Origin: Leucoraja erinacea
Lineage: Eukaryota
Reading direction: 5' to 3'
Length of the DNA: 64,000 nucleotides
Assembly (NCBI RefSeq): GCF_028641065.1
Contig: NC_073408.1
Location: forward strand, 14,322,001 to 14,386,000
In this document: positions 51,857-64,000 of the stretch, piece after piece
Position numbering within the stretch: position 1 is the first letter of the stretch
How the letters are laid out: each line of letters opens with the position of its first letter
The notes under the pieces: generated by a model
Told to the model about the DNA's origin: nothing
The model's database searches: none
What the model saw: only the letters and a program-made list of their open reading frames with translations
Program-made: the position numbers and the translations under genes

Positions 51857-53238
51857 GTAAGTATGTTCATTTTATGCTCTTTCATTACAATTTACAATTA
51901 CGTACCATGGATCTACCCGACGTGGGCTAAGTTCTAAGTATTTAACTTTTAGCCTTTTAAATAACTAGGTAATGTCAGAAATGGATACATCAGTAAACTG
52001 TCCTCTCACCTTGATGTTTCAGTCTCAAATTGACTGTGGTGAAGGTCTTCTTGATCTTGTAGTCTTATTCAATTTGGCCAGGATGTGGTGTAAATGAAGT
52101 GGTTCTCTCAAAATCCAAACTAAGCACTAGGGTGTAGGCTACAAGTGAGCACGTTCCACTGGATAACAATGCCAACATTGCTTTTCATGGACATTGCTGA
52201 TGATTGAGAGTTAACAGTCTATATTTAATTGACTTTTTGAATGGGACCTGCCTGGTGAGTAATCCATGCTGATAGCTATGCAATGTTGTAAATGTACCGA
52301 AACAGCATGGCTGGAGACAATGGGATAGAACATCACCCAATGAGGCATGTTGTCTCTCCTATTGATTCCTGTGAAGATTTATAGCCCGTGGATCACATTG
52401 CAAACACTTCTAATTGGTAACAAATTTCAACAATGCTTTTCTCAATCTCAATTGTTGAGTTAGCTGGAACATAGTGGACATTTCTAGCTATCCATTTTAG
52501 CAAGGGTCTAGAGGAGAGATAAAACATTTGTAAGTGATAATTACAGTGATTTAGGAATGCAGAAAGATTGAAGAAGATGGAATTTTACCAAGTTGAATGG
52601 AGAAAGTCAAGGAAGTTAATCCATAAAACTACAGATGTTGAAACCTGAAACATGAACCAAAATGTTAGAAGAACTCACCCAGTCCAGATGAAAGAGAAAT
52701 AATAATTTGATTCATTGACCCTTCCTTGGAAATGGAGAGGCTGGAGAGAGTTTAGTTTAGTTTTGTTTAGAAATACAGTATGGAAACAGGCCCTTCGACC
52801 CACCAAGTCCGCGCCTACCAGCTATTCCCACACATTAACACTATGCTACACACATTAGGGACAGTTTACATATATATAATTTACATTTATACCAAGCCAA
52901 CCTACAAATCTGTACATCTTTGGAGCGTGGGAGGAAACGGAAGATCTCGGAGAAAACCCACGCAGGTCACGGGGAGGACGTACAAATTCAGTATAGAGCA
53001 CGCTATGTCAGGATCTAACCTGGATCTCTGCCATTGTAAGGCAGCAACACGACTGCTGCAGTAACTCTACTGGAGTGCAGGGTTTACAGTTTTCAAAGCA
53101 GAGCTGGAGGGAGGAATAAGAGCCAAGACAATGGAGATAATTTAAGACAGATCAGATATTAAGGAGCATGACTGTTCAAATAAGCTGTTTGTGAAAGGAA
53201 CATAAGGACACATTAGGAGATCAGTATCTGAAGTTGGA

Positions 53239-53751
53239 AAACATAGAAACATAGAAAATAGGTGCAGGAGAAGGCCATTCGGCCCTTCGAGCCAGCACTG
53301 CCATTCAATATGATCATGGTTGATCATCCAACTCAGGATCCTGCACCTGCCTTCTCTCCATACCCCCTGATCCCTTTAGCCACAAGGGCCACATCTAACT
53401 CCCTCTTAAATATAGCCAATGAACTGGCATCAACTACCTTCTGTGGCAGAGAATTCGAGAGATTCACCACTCTCTGCGTGAAAAATGTTTTTCTCATCTC
53501 GGTCCTAAAAGATTTCCCCCTTATCCTTAAACTGTGACCCCTTGTTCTGGACTTCCCCAACATCGGGATCAATCTACCTGCATCTAGCCTGTCCAACCCC
53601 TTAAGAATTTTGTAAGTTTCTATAAGATCCCCCCTCAATCTTCTAAATTCGAGCGAGTACAAACCGAGTCTATCCAGTCTTTCTTCACATGAAAGTCCTG
53701 ACATCCCAGGAATCAGTCTGGTGAACCTTCTCTGTACTCCCTCTATGGCAA
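53239..53751 (-). mobile_element. CR1 LINE 3' fragment
   Basis: IEGVQRRFTRLIPGMSGLS...RTRGHSLRI...; near-identical family to 5921-6505. Confidence 0.9.
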
Positions 53752-55046
53752 TAATGCGTAATATTAATTCCGGAAGATTGCAAAAGTACCTCAACAGATG
53801 ATAAGATGTTGTTCTAGTTTATGTTGGGCATCACTACTGGGAGTGGAGCGGCCACTGATGCACAGGTCAGAATAGAAGTAGAATTGAGAAATAAATTGGG
53901 AAATACTAGGAAGCTGGGGATCACTACTAGACCTAGGTGCAGGTGCTCATCAAAACTACCATTATATCTGCATTTGTTTCCTCCATGTAGTGGAGACCAA
54001 ATTGAGATAATCATATCCAGTACATTACATTGGACAAAGCCTCATCTGCCTCTTAATGAGTAATTCTCTTGATTAATGAATGGTTTTGAAAGGGAAAATT
54101 GAGAAAGGTTATTGGCCAAAAGTTAACCTGCACATTGCTAAAATCTAACAGGGATGTTCAAATGACACAAACTCACACAGTACTGTATACAATTGCACTT
54201 CTTATCAGTCAACTATTGCTTGCATCTTAAGCAGGTCTCCTTCCTCACCACCACTGATCCAGTTCAACAGAACCATCGAATAATCTTGAAAAACTTTCAG
54301 GGGCTAACTTTCTGCCTCTTTCTTTTTTATTTTTTATATTTGCCAGTTTTTCTGATCTTACTATCTATTTTTACTTTTTCCTCTTCTCATTGTTTTCTTT
54401 TTCTTGTCTTGCCTTTTAACATTGGTTCTGGATTACGGTATTACCACCCATTAGGTTCCACTGTACTGTTTTGTACTGTATTAACTTCTAATAAATAAAA
54501 TAATTTAAAAAAAAAACAAAAAAAAAAAACTATTAAGCTTGCAGCCTTCCTCACCACCACTGATCCAAACAAACCATCAAATCTTGAACTTTCATGGCAA
54601 CTCTTTGATTAATTGCCAGTCTGATTTGCATTTACTTCTCATGGCCTTTGTTGGTTCTGAAGCCACCCATTAGGCCAAATGGTGTAGGAAAAGTATAACC
54701 GTGAATTCAATGTCATGCCATTGGGGTGTAAGCTACCCAAGCAGAACATTAGGTGCTGTTCTTTCACTTAGTACGTGGCCTCACTCTTGTGATGGAGGAA
54801 TGTATGGGCAAAATCTGGACTCTTGTTTTATGCCAACACTGGAGTAATTGGCCAAATAACCTCCACAATTTTATGAAACATTCAGTACTGTTAATCAAAA
54901 TGGTATTTCAAATATGCAAAATCTATTTTAAATAACAGGCTAAAAATGAGGCGCAAATAACAAAGGGGTGACAGGTGGTACTTTCGAAGCTTTGTTGAAG
55001 CTGCCCTTGTGACTAATGCCGTTTCTTTTTCACTGTTCTGATTGAG

Positions 55047-55367
55047 ATGGTCCACAGCCAGCAATACATTACAGGAATTCTATTGCGCATCAATTGCAGC
55101 CTCTGCTCCAAGACATCATCTATGTTGAACCTCAGTCGTATCTTCAACTAAATTGTACCACGGACAGTAATCCAATATCCACGGTCATCTGGATGAAATC
55201 GGGAGAGCAAACTGAAAGGATACAATTGACTATTGGATTAAGTCATTCAAATCTGCAGAAAGAGAAGATCGATGATTCCTTCAATGGAAAGTATATCTGC
55301 AGAGCTTACAATTCATATGGCGCCAAAGAATCTTCTGTGAGAGTATACGTGACATCAGATTGGAAAA
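55047..55367 (+). CDS. Gene C I/C2-set exon
   Basis: YGPQ...LNCTTDSNP...W...GKYICRAYNSYG; A|GTAAGT donor; acceptor at the homologous position is an unusual GAG. Confidence 0.85.
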
Positions 55368-55640
55368 GTAAGTACCGTTATATCGGTCAAATACACAATA
55401 TTTTTCTAATTTGTTAATTTATAGAGGGGTGATGTGCAAAATCAGGCTCCTGTAACAACTGAGGCTCCTGCCAAATCATTGATATTCTACACTACGGTCT
55501 TTCCAGTAAGCAGAATGACAATACATGATTACAATCGAGCCATCCACACTGTACAGATAGATGCATGATAAAGGGAATAGTGTGAATATATTTAGTGCAA
55601 GATTAAGTCCAGTAAAGTCTGATAAAAAATAGTCCAAGGG

Positions 55641-56088
55641 CACAGCACATTTGGAAGAAATGAGACTCCTCCTAATAGACAAACAAGACCAATTCTTAAT
55701 GAGTTGGTCCCCATTTAATGGTTTCTTGGATTCATGTGGAGCTACAGTATCGTGAAAATTAAAAGTTTCAGGTATGGGTGAAAGACGATCGAGAACATAA
55801 AAAATCATCTCCTTGTGGCGATTGAATAAACTCCCTCCTGCTTTCTCTCCTCACTTATTTATTTTCTTCACTATTTTCTTTATCTGCCTTTTACTCACGC
55901 ACACTAGCCTATCCTTCACTCTTCACTACCTCTTTTTCCTTTTTTCTCTTCTTACTTTTCTCTTTAAAAAAAAAGGAAGTTGTACAGAGAATGTAATATG
56001 TTAACATAATTTTGGGTACCTGTAGAGAGGTACCACTGTATTGTACTTACTTCTAATAAATAAAATTATATATAAAAAAAAAAAAAAA
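55641..56088 (+). mobile_element. 5'-truncated L1-clade LINE with poly(A)
   Basis: Homologous to 682-1226; flanked by a duplicated A(A)T(A/T)GTCCAAGGG. Confidence 0.75.
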
Positions 56089-56699
56089 TTGTCCAAGGGT
56101 CTCCAATGAGGTAGATGGTAGCTTAGGATTGCTACCTAGTTGTTGATACGAAGGCTCAGTTGCCTGATTTTGCCTTTGTGAATCATACATGAAGCAGCCT
56201 GAATTGCATTCATCTATATGACCATCCACATTTCAGAGGGTAAGCACATTGTGGATGGAATGAATTAAATTCAATGAGAACAATCGAACATTGAAATTAC
56301 AAATTAACATGTCTAGCCTAACGTGTTAGTGAGAACACAATTAATGGTATTTTTTAAAATATTCTAACGTGGTCAGATACGTCAGCTATTAAAAAAGAGT
56401 ATATCACAATGTCTGTGCCAAACATGATGCCAAGTTAAACTGATCTCATCTGTCTGTACAAGATCCATATCCCTCCATCCCCTGCATATCCACGTGCCTA
56501 TCCAAAAGCCTCTATCGTAGCTGCCTCCACCACAAGCCCTGGCAGTGTGTTCCAGGCCCCCGCCACCACCATCACATTGTGCCAAAAAAAACTTGCCCCT
56601 CGCTTCTCCAATAAACTTTCCCCCTCTCACTTTATGCCAACATTATACAACAAGTATACGGGGCTTAACTGCAATTTGAATGGATTGGAGTAAATCAAT

Positions 56700-57375
56700 A
56701 ACATTTGGATTCTTCCAATGAGTCTTGATTTTCTGATGCCCAGACCACAATCTGACAGCACCTCCTTCACAATAATTGTCAATATCAGTGCCCTGCAAGG
56801 ATGCTTTCTCAGACCCTTACTGTACTCCCGATACACTAATGACTGTACGGCCAAATTCGGTTCAAAGTCCATCCACAAATTTGCAGATGACACCAGTGTG
56901 GTGGGCTGGATCATGAACAATGATAAGAAAGAAAGGAAATAGAGTACTTAGTAAAATTGTGTTAGGAAAATATGGACAGAAGTCTACACATATTGACAAT
57001 AACTTCTCCCTCAATGTTTGCAAGATGAGCGAGCTAGTTATCAATGTCTGAAAGTGTGGTGCAAAACATGGCCCGAATCACCATCAATGAAGTAGAAATG
57101 GTTGAGATCTTAAATTGTCTTGCCTTTAATATTATTAATTCAATGACTCTGATAATATAATATTATTTAATGACTCTTACAAACTTCCACAAAAGCACCA
57201 TAGAAAGCCTACTGTTGGGTTGCAACACAGCTTGGTTTGGGAGCAGTTCTACCCAAGGCTGCAAGAAATTGCAGAGAATAGTAGATGTAGCCCAGACCAT
57301 CATACAGTCCAGACTTCCCACCATTGATCCCATCTACACTACACTCTGCCTCAGAAAAGCAGCCAAAATAATGTA
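56700..57375 (+). mobile_element. Degraded Rex1/RTE-like LINE fragment
   Basis: QGCFLRPLLYSRYTNDC...KFADDTSVVG; STIESLL.GCNTAWFG. Confidence 0.75.
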
Positions 57376-57990
57376 AACTTTGGCATCCTTCTTCACAGTC
57401 CGTGACCCCAGCAATCTTGATATCATCTGCAAACTAACTATAACCATATAACAATGACAGCACGGAAACAGGCCATCTCGACCCTTCTAGTCCGTGCCGA
57501 ACACGTATTCTCCCCTAGTCCCATGTACCTGCGCTCAGACCATAACCCTCCATTCCTTTCTCGTCTATATAACTATCCAATTCCAACTATCATGGGCTTT
57601 GTTTATGAAACTGATGTGCTACATTGCTGAGAACTATATTCTGCACTTTGCATCTTCTCCTTTGCTTTATTTACTGTGCTTGAGTTTGATGTGATTGTAT
57701 TTATGTGCAGCATATCGGATCTGGTTTGATATCATCCAAAACAAAGCTTTTCACTGGACATTGGTAAACATGGCAATAAGAGATCTAACCCTAGATGGGC
57801 TGGTACAATCCTATCTCACAAATTATGGCATGGAGAATCTACAGCAGCATAAATGAGAAATGAATTTGCAATTCATGATATAAATACTGTACTGAATCGG
57901 TACGCAAGGAAGGCAATTTAACTGATATTTGCTAGCGTTCTTTTATACTGATGCAAACCATAAGAAACCCTATTTTTTGTTGTCTTACAG

Positions 57991-58068
57991 GTCATTTCCC
58001 TGTCCGATTTGTAACGGTGCCCATCTTCGTGACGACTGTGATTTTGTTACTGCTCTGCTGCAGGAAAG
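57991..58068 (+). CDS. Gene C TM exon SHFPVRFVTVPIFVTTVILLLLCCRK
   Basis: ttgtcttacag acceptor, AAG|GTAAAT donor, phase 1-1, hydrophobic. Confidence 0.88.
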
Positions 58069-59151
58069 GTAAATTAACTGGTAACCAAACTAATGTGAAG
58101 CAGAAGTTTTAATAGCTGTTAACATTCACCACTTAGGTAGACACAAAATGCTGGAGTAACTTGGCGGGACAGGCAGCATCTCTGGAGAGAATGAATGGAT
58201 AACATTTCAGGTCGAGACCCTTCTTCAGACTGTTCATCAGCATTTTATGTCTCCAGAGATGCTGCCTGTCCCGCTGAGCTACTCCAGTATTTTGTGTATA
58301 CCTACGATTTAAATCAGCATCTGCAGTTATTTCATACCATTCCCTGCTTGATGTGATTATTTATTTAAGTAAAATAATTTGGAATGACAAAATAATTCAA
58401 GGTACGATACCTATGGAATAAAGTATTCCTGCGATGGTGAGCACCATTATTATAGTTGAATAGAGTGTGGCAACATGCAATACTCAGAGAGATGGCCCTA
58501 CAAAAATGATGGATGAGCATTCTACTCAGTGTAGAACAGTTGTCAAATTAAGTGATAATTTGAAAGGTTGATGGTAAAATTAAATATTAATCATGCAGAA
58601 AGTTGCAGATAATGGGCTGATTTTTGAAATGCAGAGATTTAAACTAGAAAATTATGATTGAAAGAAGGAAATTGAAATCAACAAGCTGATCTTGCATGAC
58701 ATTGAAAAGTCACTAAGAGGAAGGATTCTTAAATGGAATTTCCCTGGTGAAAATTTGGAACAATCAGCAAGGTTATACAAATAGCAGCAGTCAGCAGGAT
58801 TGTGAAGGTGAAGGATTCTGGTGTGTTATTGCATCACTGTAAACAAAAAGCACCACACATGTACTTGTCCAAATGCATTTTATAGCAACATTTCAAAAAC
58901 ATTTGAACAGGTAAAGAGGTTGGAAATGTTTAGAGGAATCTGGGCCAGGCAATTGGGACTACCTTGATGGGACATCTTGGTCAGCATTGATAGGTCGGGC
59001 TGAAGAGCCTGTTTCCATGTTTTACGACTATCAATAAATGTGTCAAAGCATTGAATAAAACAAATGTTCTATATAATGAAAATCAGATTCCAGATGAAAA
59101 AAATGACGTATGGGAGAATTTCCCTAATAATATGTCCTTTTTATTGTATAG

Positions 59152-59176
59152 ATCGGGACTGCTTGTGCAAATGGAG
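59152..59176 (+). CDS. Gene C cytoplasmic mini-exon DRDCLCKW(R)
   Basis: tttttattgtatag acceptor and strong GAG|GTAAGC donor; open in phase 1->2. Confidence 0.65.
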
Positions 59177-60817
59177 GTAAGCCTTAAAATAGCATTTTAT
59201 CCTTTTTATATAAATGATGGATGAACAATTTTTCTCCAATAATATGCATTAAGTAGTAAGCAAGTTTTCAACAGCAAGGAGGTAATCTGCAATGTGGATT
59301 TGAGGAACTCAGACTCAGGCTACAGTGAAAAGCTAACTAGTGAGCAGAAAGACAATACATGATTACTATCAAGCCATCCACAGTGTATAGATACACAATA
59401 AGGTGAATAAGGTTTAGTGTAAGACAAAATGCTTTTAACAGCAGGTTTTGGCTGAACCACAGGTGAGAGAAGCCCATGGGGCTGGACAGAGAACATTGCA
59501 ACAGCCCCATCTGAAAATAAAAAAGATTCAGATGAGAGATTTGTCAGATCACGGGCTAAGGTCAGCAGCGGCAGGTGCAAATAGCGAGTAATTATTTTAC
59601 GGCCTTGATGATGGACAGCAGATGGAATTCAGAAAATGTACCAAAAGTTGCAAGCATTCACATTCACACAAGCTGCACATTACACAAGAACACATGCAGG
59701 CCATTGGTCCCTTGCACCAGTTCAACTCTTCAATACGATCATTGACTTGATCTTTTATCTCAATACAACTTTCCTGCATATCCCTTATTATCCCCAAAAT
59801 CTCCCCATCTCTCTCTCAACTGGCTGAGCCTCCACCCAGGTAAGAATTCCAAAGACCTCTATCCTCAAGGTGAAGGAATTTCTTCTCCTTCCTGTCCAGA
59901 AAGGTGACCTCTTTATTGTGGTTCAGAACATGCTCGTCTTGGGAAACATCATCCTCACTTTCCCATGATAATAACTTTTAAATTCCTCATGATAATAGGT
60001 TTTCTTTTCAGAAGTTCCTCAATGCATTGGTATCACAATGCAGGGTTATGGTATGATGCAGGCATACTAGGAAAAAAAAGTTGTTACGGACTTGTGGGGC
60101 CGAGAGTTTCCGTGCTGTAATTGTTATATGGTTATATGGTTATAGGTATAGGCCCAGTCTGCTTAATGTCTCCTCATGACAATGCCACCATTCCATGAAT
60201 CAATTACTCTCCCTTCATCACGCAAATCCTTTCTTGGATTGGGAAACCAGACCAGTACATAATATTTCAGATGCAGTCCCACCAGACTCGTATGCAATTG
60301 GAACCAAATGTGTCTAATCTGGTTGTACTCAGATTCCCTTGCAATTAAAGCATTTTGTAATTGCATTTAACTTCCGATGTTTCATTTATATACACATCCG
60401 GGTCATGCTGAGAAAACTGGAGGTAAACTGGGAGTAACATGGCCAGATGTGCATAGCAGATAAAAAGAATGATAAAATGGAGATAAACTGGATATCTTCA
60501 CAGTGTCCAAAATTGATCCTGAGGAATCACTTGAAAGAAGTTTCAGAAGATAAATCATAGAATATGGGCTTGCCTTTGTCATTCTTTATAGTTGAAAATG
60601 CATTAAACTTTGAGTAAAATTTGCTTGTACTGATGTTCAAATTGGTAAATAACCTAAAAAAGTAAATGGATTGTGTGGAGTGACAGAGTGGGTTGTGTTT
60701 GAGGAAGAAGCTGAGAATAATCACTGGATTTATATTCCTGGGTGCTTCTTAATTGAGAATCACAGAATAATTTTGGAACTTATTCCTCACAACTTTGCTA
60801 TTTTTCTTTCTCATTAG

Positions 60818-60917
60818 GAACTCAAAGCAACACAGGAACCAACGCCGATTGGCCAAAAGTGACTCTTCGGAAAATGTTAACAGCCAAAAAGAGATCATAG
60901 CTATTTCTGAATTCTGA
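60818..60917 (+). CDS. Candidate terminal exon of gene C: RNSKQHRNQRRLAKSDSSENVNSQKEIIAISEF*
   Basis: Long polypyrimidine tract ending tcattag; open in phase 2; hydrophilic; AATAAA motifs downstream (~61452-61568). Confidence 0.5.
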
Positions 60918-62099
60918 GCACATGATAGTTTTACAGAGGCCAGTTGGATCTTTCTGCTAAGCTCTCTTGTAGAAACCCAATTTCGTGGTGTATCCTTGAA
61001 AAAATTATTTATATCTTGAGGAACAAGAGGATTTCTCTTTACACTTCCATCCCCCACCAGGTCTCATGGCCCCCACTTTTTCCTTGAACAGAGCCCAATC
61101 CATTTCCCCTCCACTAACATTCCTCTCCACCTGGTAGAATCTTTCCATTCTTAATTACATCTTTTTTGAATCCTTGCACTTTCTTCAAGTTAAATTTGTC
61201 GCCATGTGCTCCACCAATGCCTGCCCTTTTGTTGGTTACATCGAACAGTCTTTGTTCTCTGGCACCCCAACTCATTCTCGGCAATCTGAGAATTGTCCAC
61301 ACCCAAAATGTTGCCTATCCATCTTCTCCAGTGATGATGCCTGACCTGTTGGGGTGCTCCAACACTTTGTGTCTTTTTTTTTAACAAGTGGATTTCATTT
61401 TCTTTACTAAATGTAACTTATCCATTCACCCCAATCTATTGGTCCCCCACAAATAAATAATTTTCTCATGAGCTTGTGCTCTCAGCTGAAAGGTAATAAA
61501 GCAATGGCTTATTCTTCATGGATAGCTTTAGCTAATTTTTTTTAAACTTTATATCAAGAGCCAATAAACTTCCAAGAGGTGATGGATCTAAATGAGCTGA
61601 CATTTTGTGTTTGAAGTTATTACCACAGATTGGCTAAAAAGTACTTGCAACAGACCTTCAGACGTTGATATCTGAAATTGACATTTGGTATATTTGTTTG
61701 ACCATTTTCCTGATCTCTCCCACCCCCTGCTCCTTCTCACTGAGATGGTTCCATTAGGTCTATCTGCATTGGCTGGAATTGTTTACAAAGGTTAACAAGC
61801 TTCCATTGCATTCAACAGCCTGTGTCTGCTTCCTGCGATTAAAAGAAACCATAACATTTACCAGGTTTTCTTTGTTTCCAGCTTAATATTTGACCCAGAC
61901 AAATTAATCCGTTACTTCCTTATCGTTACTTGTTCCAGGACATTAATTATCCTGAAACTGTTAGATACAAATGGGAAGATACTGGGCTGTGTTGCTGAGT
62001 AAAAAAGCCAATTATTCCCATTATCAGTTTACAAAGCAAAGTGACAAACAAAATCAACTAAATTGTTATACGACTAGTTTTGGCGAGTCGAGACTTTTG

Positions 62100-63965
62100 G
62101 GTGCATGAAAAGTTCTTTATTTTAGAACACAAACAATGAGTCACGCGAGTCGAATAAGACAGCCAAAAATAATGTTGCTTCCACAAGTGTAGACACCAGA
62201 CTGGCAGTTACTGACAGTTAAATCAAAAAAACAAACTTCCAATAGAACACCCGCTGACGGAGATCCGCCAACACCGCCGGGGTGTCTTCTGGGTGCCCTC
62301 GAACCGCATGGAGTAAATCCCCGGGCACGCGCAAAGCCGAGTCGTGGACCAATTCGGCGGACGATGCATCCAAATCTGCCTTGGGGGCCGTGCAAATGCC
62401 TAAGAGGACCCAAGGCAACAGGTCTACCCAGTCTGGACTCGTGAACCATGCCTTCAGGGCCGCTTTCAAGTGGCGGTGGAACCACTCCATGAGTCCGTTT
62501 GCCTGGGGGTGATAGGCGGTGGAGTGGTGCAACTGTGCCACCACTGGGAGGGCCGGGCGGAACATGGTGTCAGCCAGTACTTCCTGGCCACGTGGGTGCA
62601 CCAGCATGGTGGCTCCAGCGAACGCCGCTTTTGCACCCTTGAGGCACTGGAAAAGGGGGCACATGATTCTGGCCGCCGCCAGCATGAAACGGTGGTAGAA
62701 GTTTACCATACCGACAAACTCCTATAGGCCTTTCACAGTTGGCAGCCTGGGGAACTGCCGGATGGCCTCCACCTTAGAGGGCAATGGGGTGGCGCCCTGC
62801 GAGGTGACGTTGTGGCCCAGGAATGAAATCATGCAGAGTCCAAACTGGCACTTGGCGGGATGACAGAGTAGTGGAGCCGCTGGAAAAGCATCCGCAGGTG
62901 TACGAGGTGCTCCTGTTGGGAGCGGTTCATGACCAGGATGAGTATAAATGGGGATCCTGTGGATAGGGTGAACTGTTTTAAATATCTGGGAGTCCACATC
63001 TCTGAGGATATGACATGGTCATCACACGCCTCAGCACTGGTGAGTAAGGCAAGGCAGCGCCTTTACCACCTCAGGCAATTGCGGAAATTCAGAGTGTCTC
63101 TGAGGATCCTCCAGTGCTTCTACGCAGCAGCAGTGGAAAGCATCTTGTCCGGGAACATTACAATCTGGTTCGGGAATTGCTCTGCCAAGGACAAGAAGGC
63201 TCTGCAGAGAGTAGTGCGTTCGGCCGAACGCACTATGGGAACTTCACTCACCCCCCTGCAGGAACTATACAACAAGAGGTGCAACTCCAGAGCAAATAAA
63301 ATCATGAGAGACCTCTTCCACCCCTGCAACAGACTGTTCCAGCCGCTGCGGTCAGGCAAACGCCTCCGTTGCCATGCAGTGAGAACGAAGAGGTTGAGAA
63401 GGAGTTTCTTCCCAGAGGCAATTCGGACTGTAAACGCCTTTCTCACCAGGGACTAACTGTACAGAACGTTTTTCCTTCTATTATTTATTACGTAAAATAA
63501 TATGTGTGATTGTGTTTAGAATTTGTTTGGTTGTTTTTGTTGTTCCGCGAGCATTGCCACTTTCATTTCACTGCACATCTCGTATGTGTATGCGACAAAT
63601 AAACTTGACTTGACTTGACTTGACTTGGATGTCATCGAGGTAAATGTAGATAAAGTTCAATCCCTGACCGACTATGTCCATTAGGCGCCGGAACACCCGA
63701 GCTGCGTTCTTCAAACCGAAGGGCATGCGGAGCCACTCAAACAGCCTGAACGGGGTGATGGTGGCAGTTTTGGGCACGTCTACCGGGCGCACAGGGATCT
63801 GGTGATAACACTGGACCAGGTCCACCTTGCAGAAAAAGATGGTGCCCTCCAGATGGGCCGAAAAGTCCTGTCGATGTGGGACCGGGTAGCAGTCCACGGT
63901 TGTAATGGCGTTCAGGCGCCTGTAATCCCCGCGCCTGCAATTACATGCGTACGCACAGCCGTCTG
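62100..63965 (-). mobile_element. Degraded Ty3/Gypsy pol (RT and integrase fragments)
   Basis: DYRRLN...YPVPH, KVDL..YHQI, MPFGLKNA, YLDD; CQFG..FLGH; YHPQANGLMEWFHRHLK..W..LPWVLLG. Confidence 0.9.
62929..63627 (+). mobile_element. Rex1/Babar-like LINE 3' part, nested in the Gypsy element
   Basis: FKYLGVHISEDMTW...KARQRLYHLRQLRKF...; (CTTGA)n tail. Confidence 0.85.
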
Positions 63966-64000
63966 GAGCGTGTGACATCATTTGAAGATGGACACAAAGC

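Larger units (their letters stand above)
48785..60917 (+). other. IgSF receptor gene C (VJ-C1-I/C2-TM[Arg]-cytoplasmic); leader not located
   Basis: Exons splice in frame: 348+327+321+78+25+100 nt. Confidence 0.85.

Noticed and set aside
54205-54670. Apparent duplication interleaved with an L1 3' end
   Set aside because: Looks like a chimeric consensus of filled and empty alleles rather than real structure.

Overview
Vertebrate genomic DNA. The repeat content (CR1, L2, Rex1/Babar, L1 and Penelope-type short repeats) suggests a cartilaginous fish, probably a skate or ray; this is an inference. The window holds three related multi-exon immunoglobulin-superfamily (IgSF) receptor genes with the layout leader - V domain with germline-joined J-like end (GQGTRIQV) - C1-set - I/C2-set - transmembrane (TM) - cytoplasmic tail. 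Genes A (12666->5580) and B (32162->25677) are on the minus strand and form a ~15-16 kb tandem duplication. Gene C (48785->60917) is on the plus strand, head-to-head with B. All three share a similar V exon (80-87% amino-acid identity in the pairs counted), but gene C has very different C1/I domains (~30% identity), an Arg at the outer TM edge and a Tyr-free tail with a CxC motif. Gene A has an uncharged TM, and gene B stops just after the TM. This looks like a paired-receptor-type cluster of non-rearranging VJ-C1 receptors whose ligand-binding exon is shared and diversifying (A vs B V exon: 15 nonsynonymous vs 2 synonymous changes). Other content: an orphan TDP2 exon-1-like fragment, a 740-bp foldback element, hammerhead-ribozyme-like repeat motifs, many transposon fragments and one assembly gap. 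I could not identify gene C's leader exon or an inhibitory ITIM-bearing tail for gene A.
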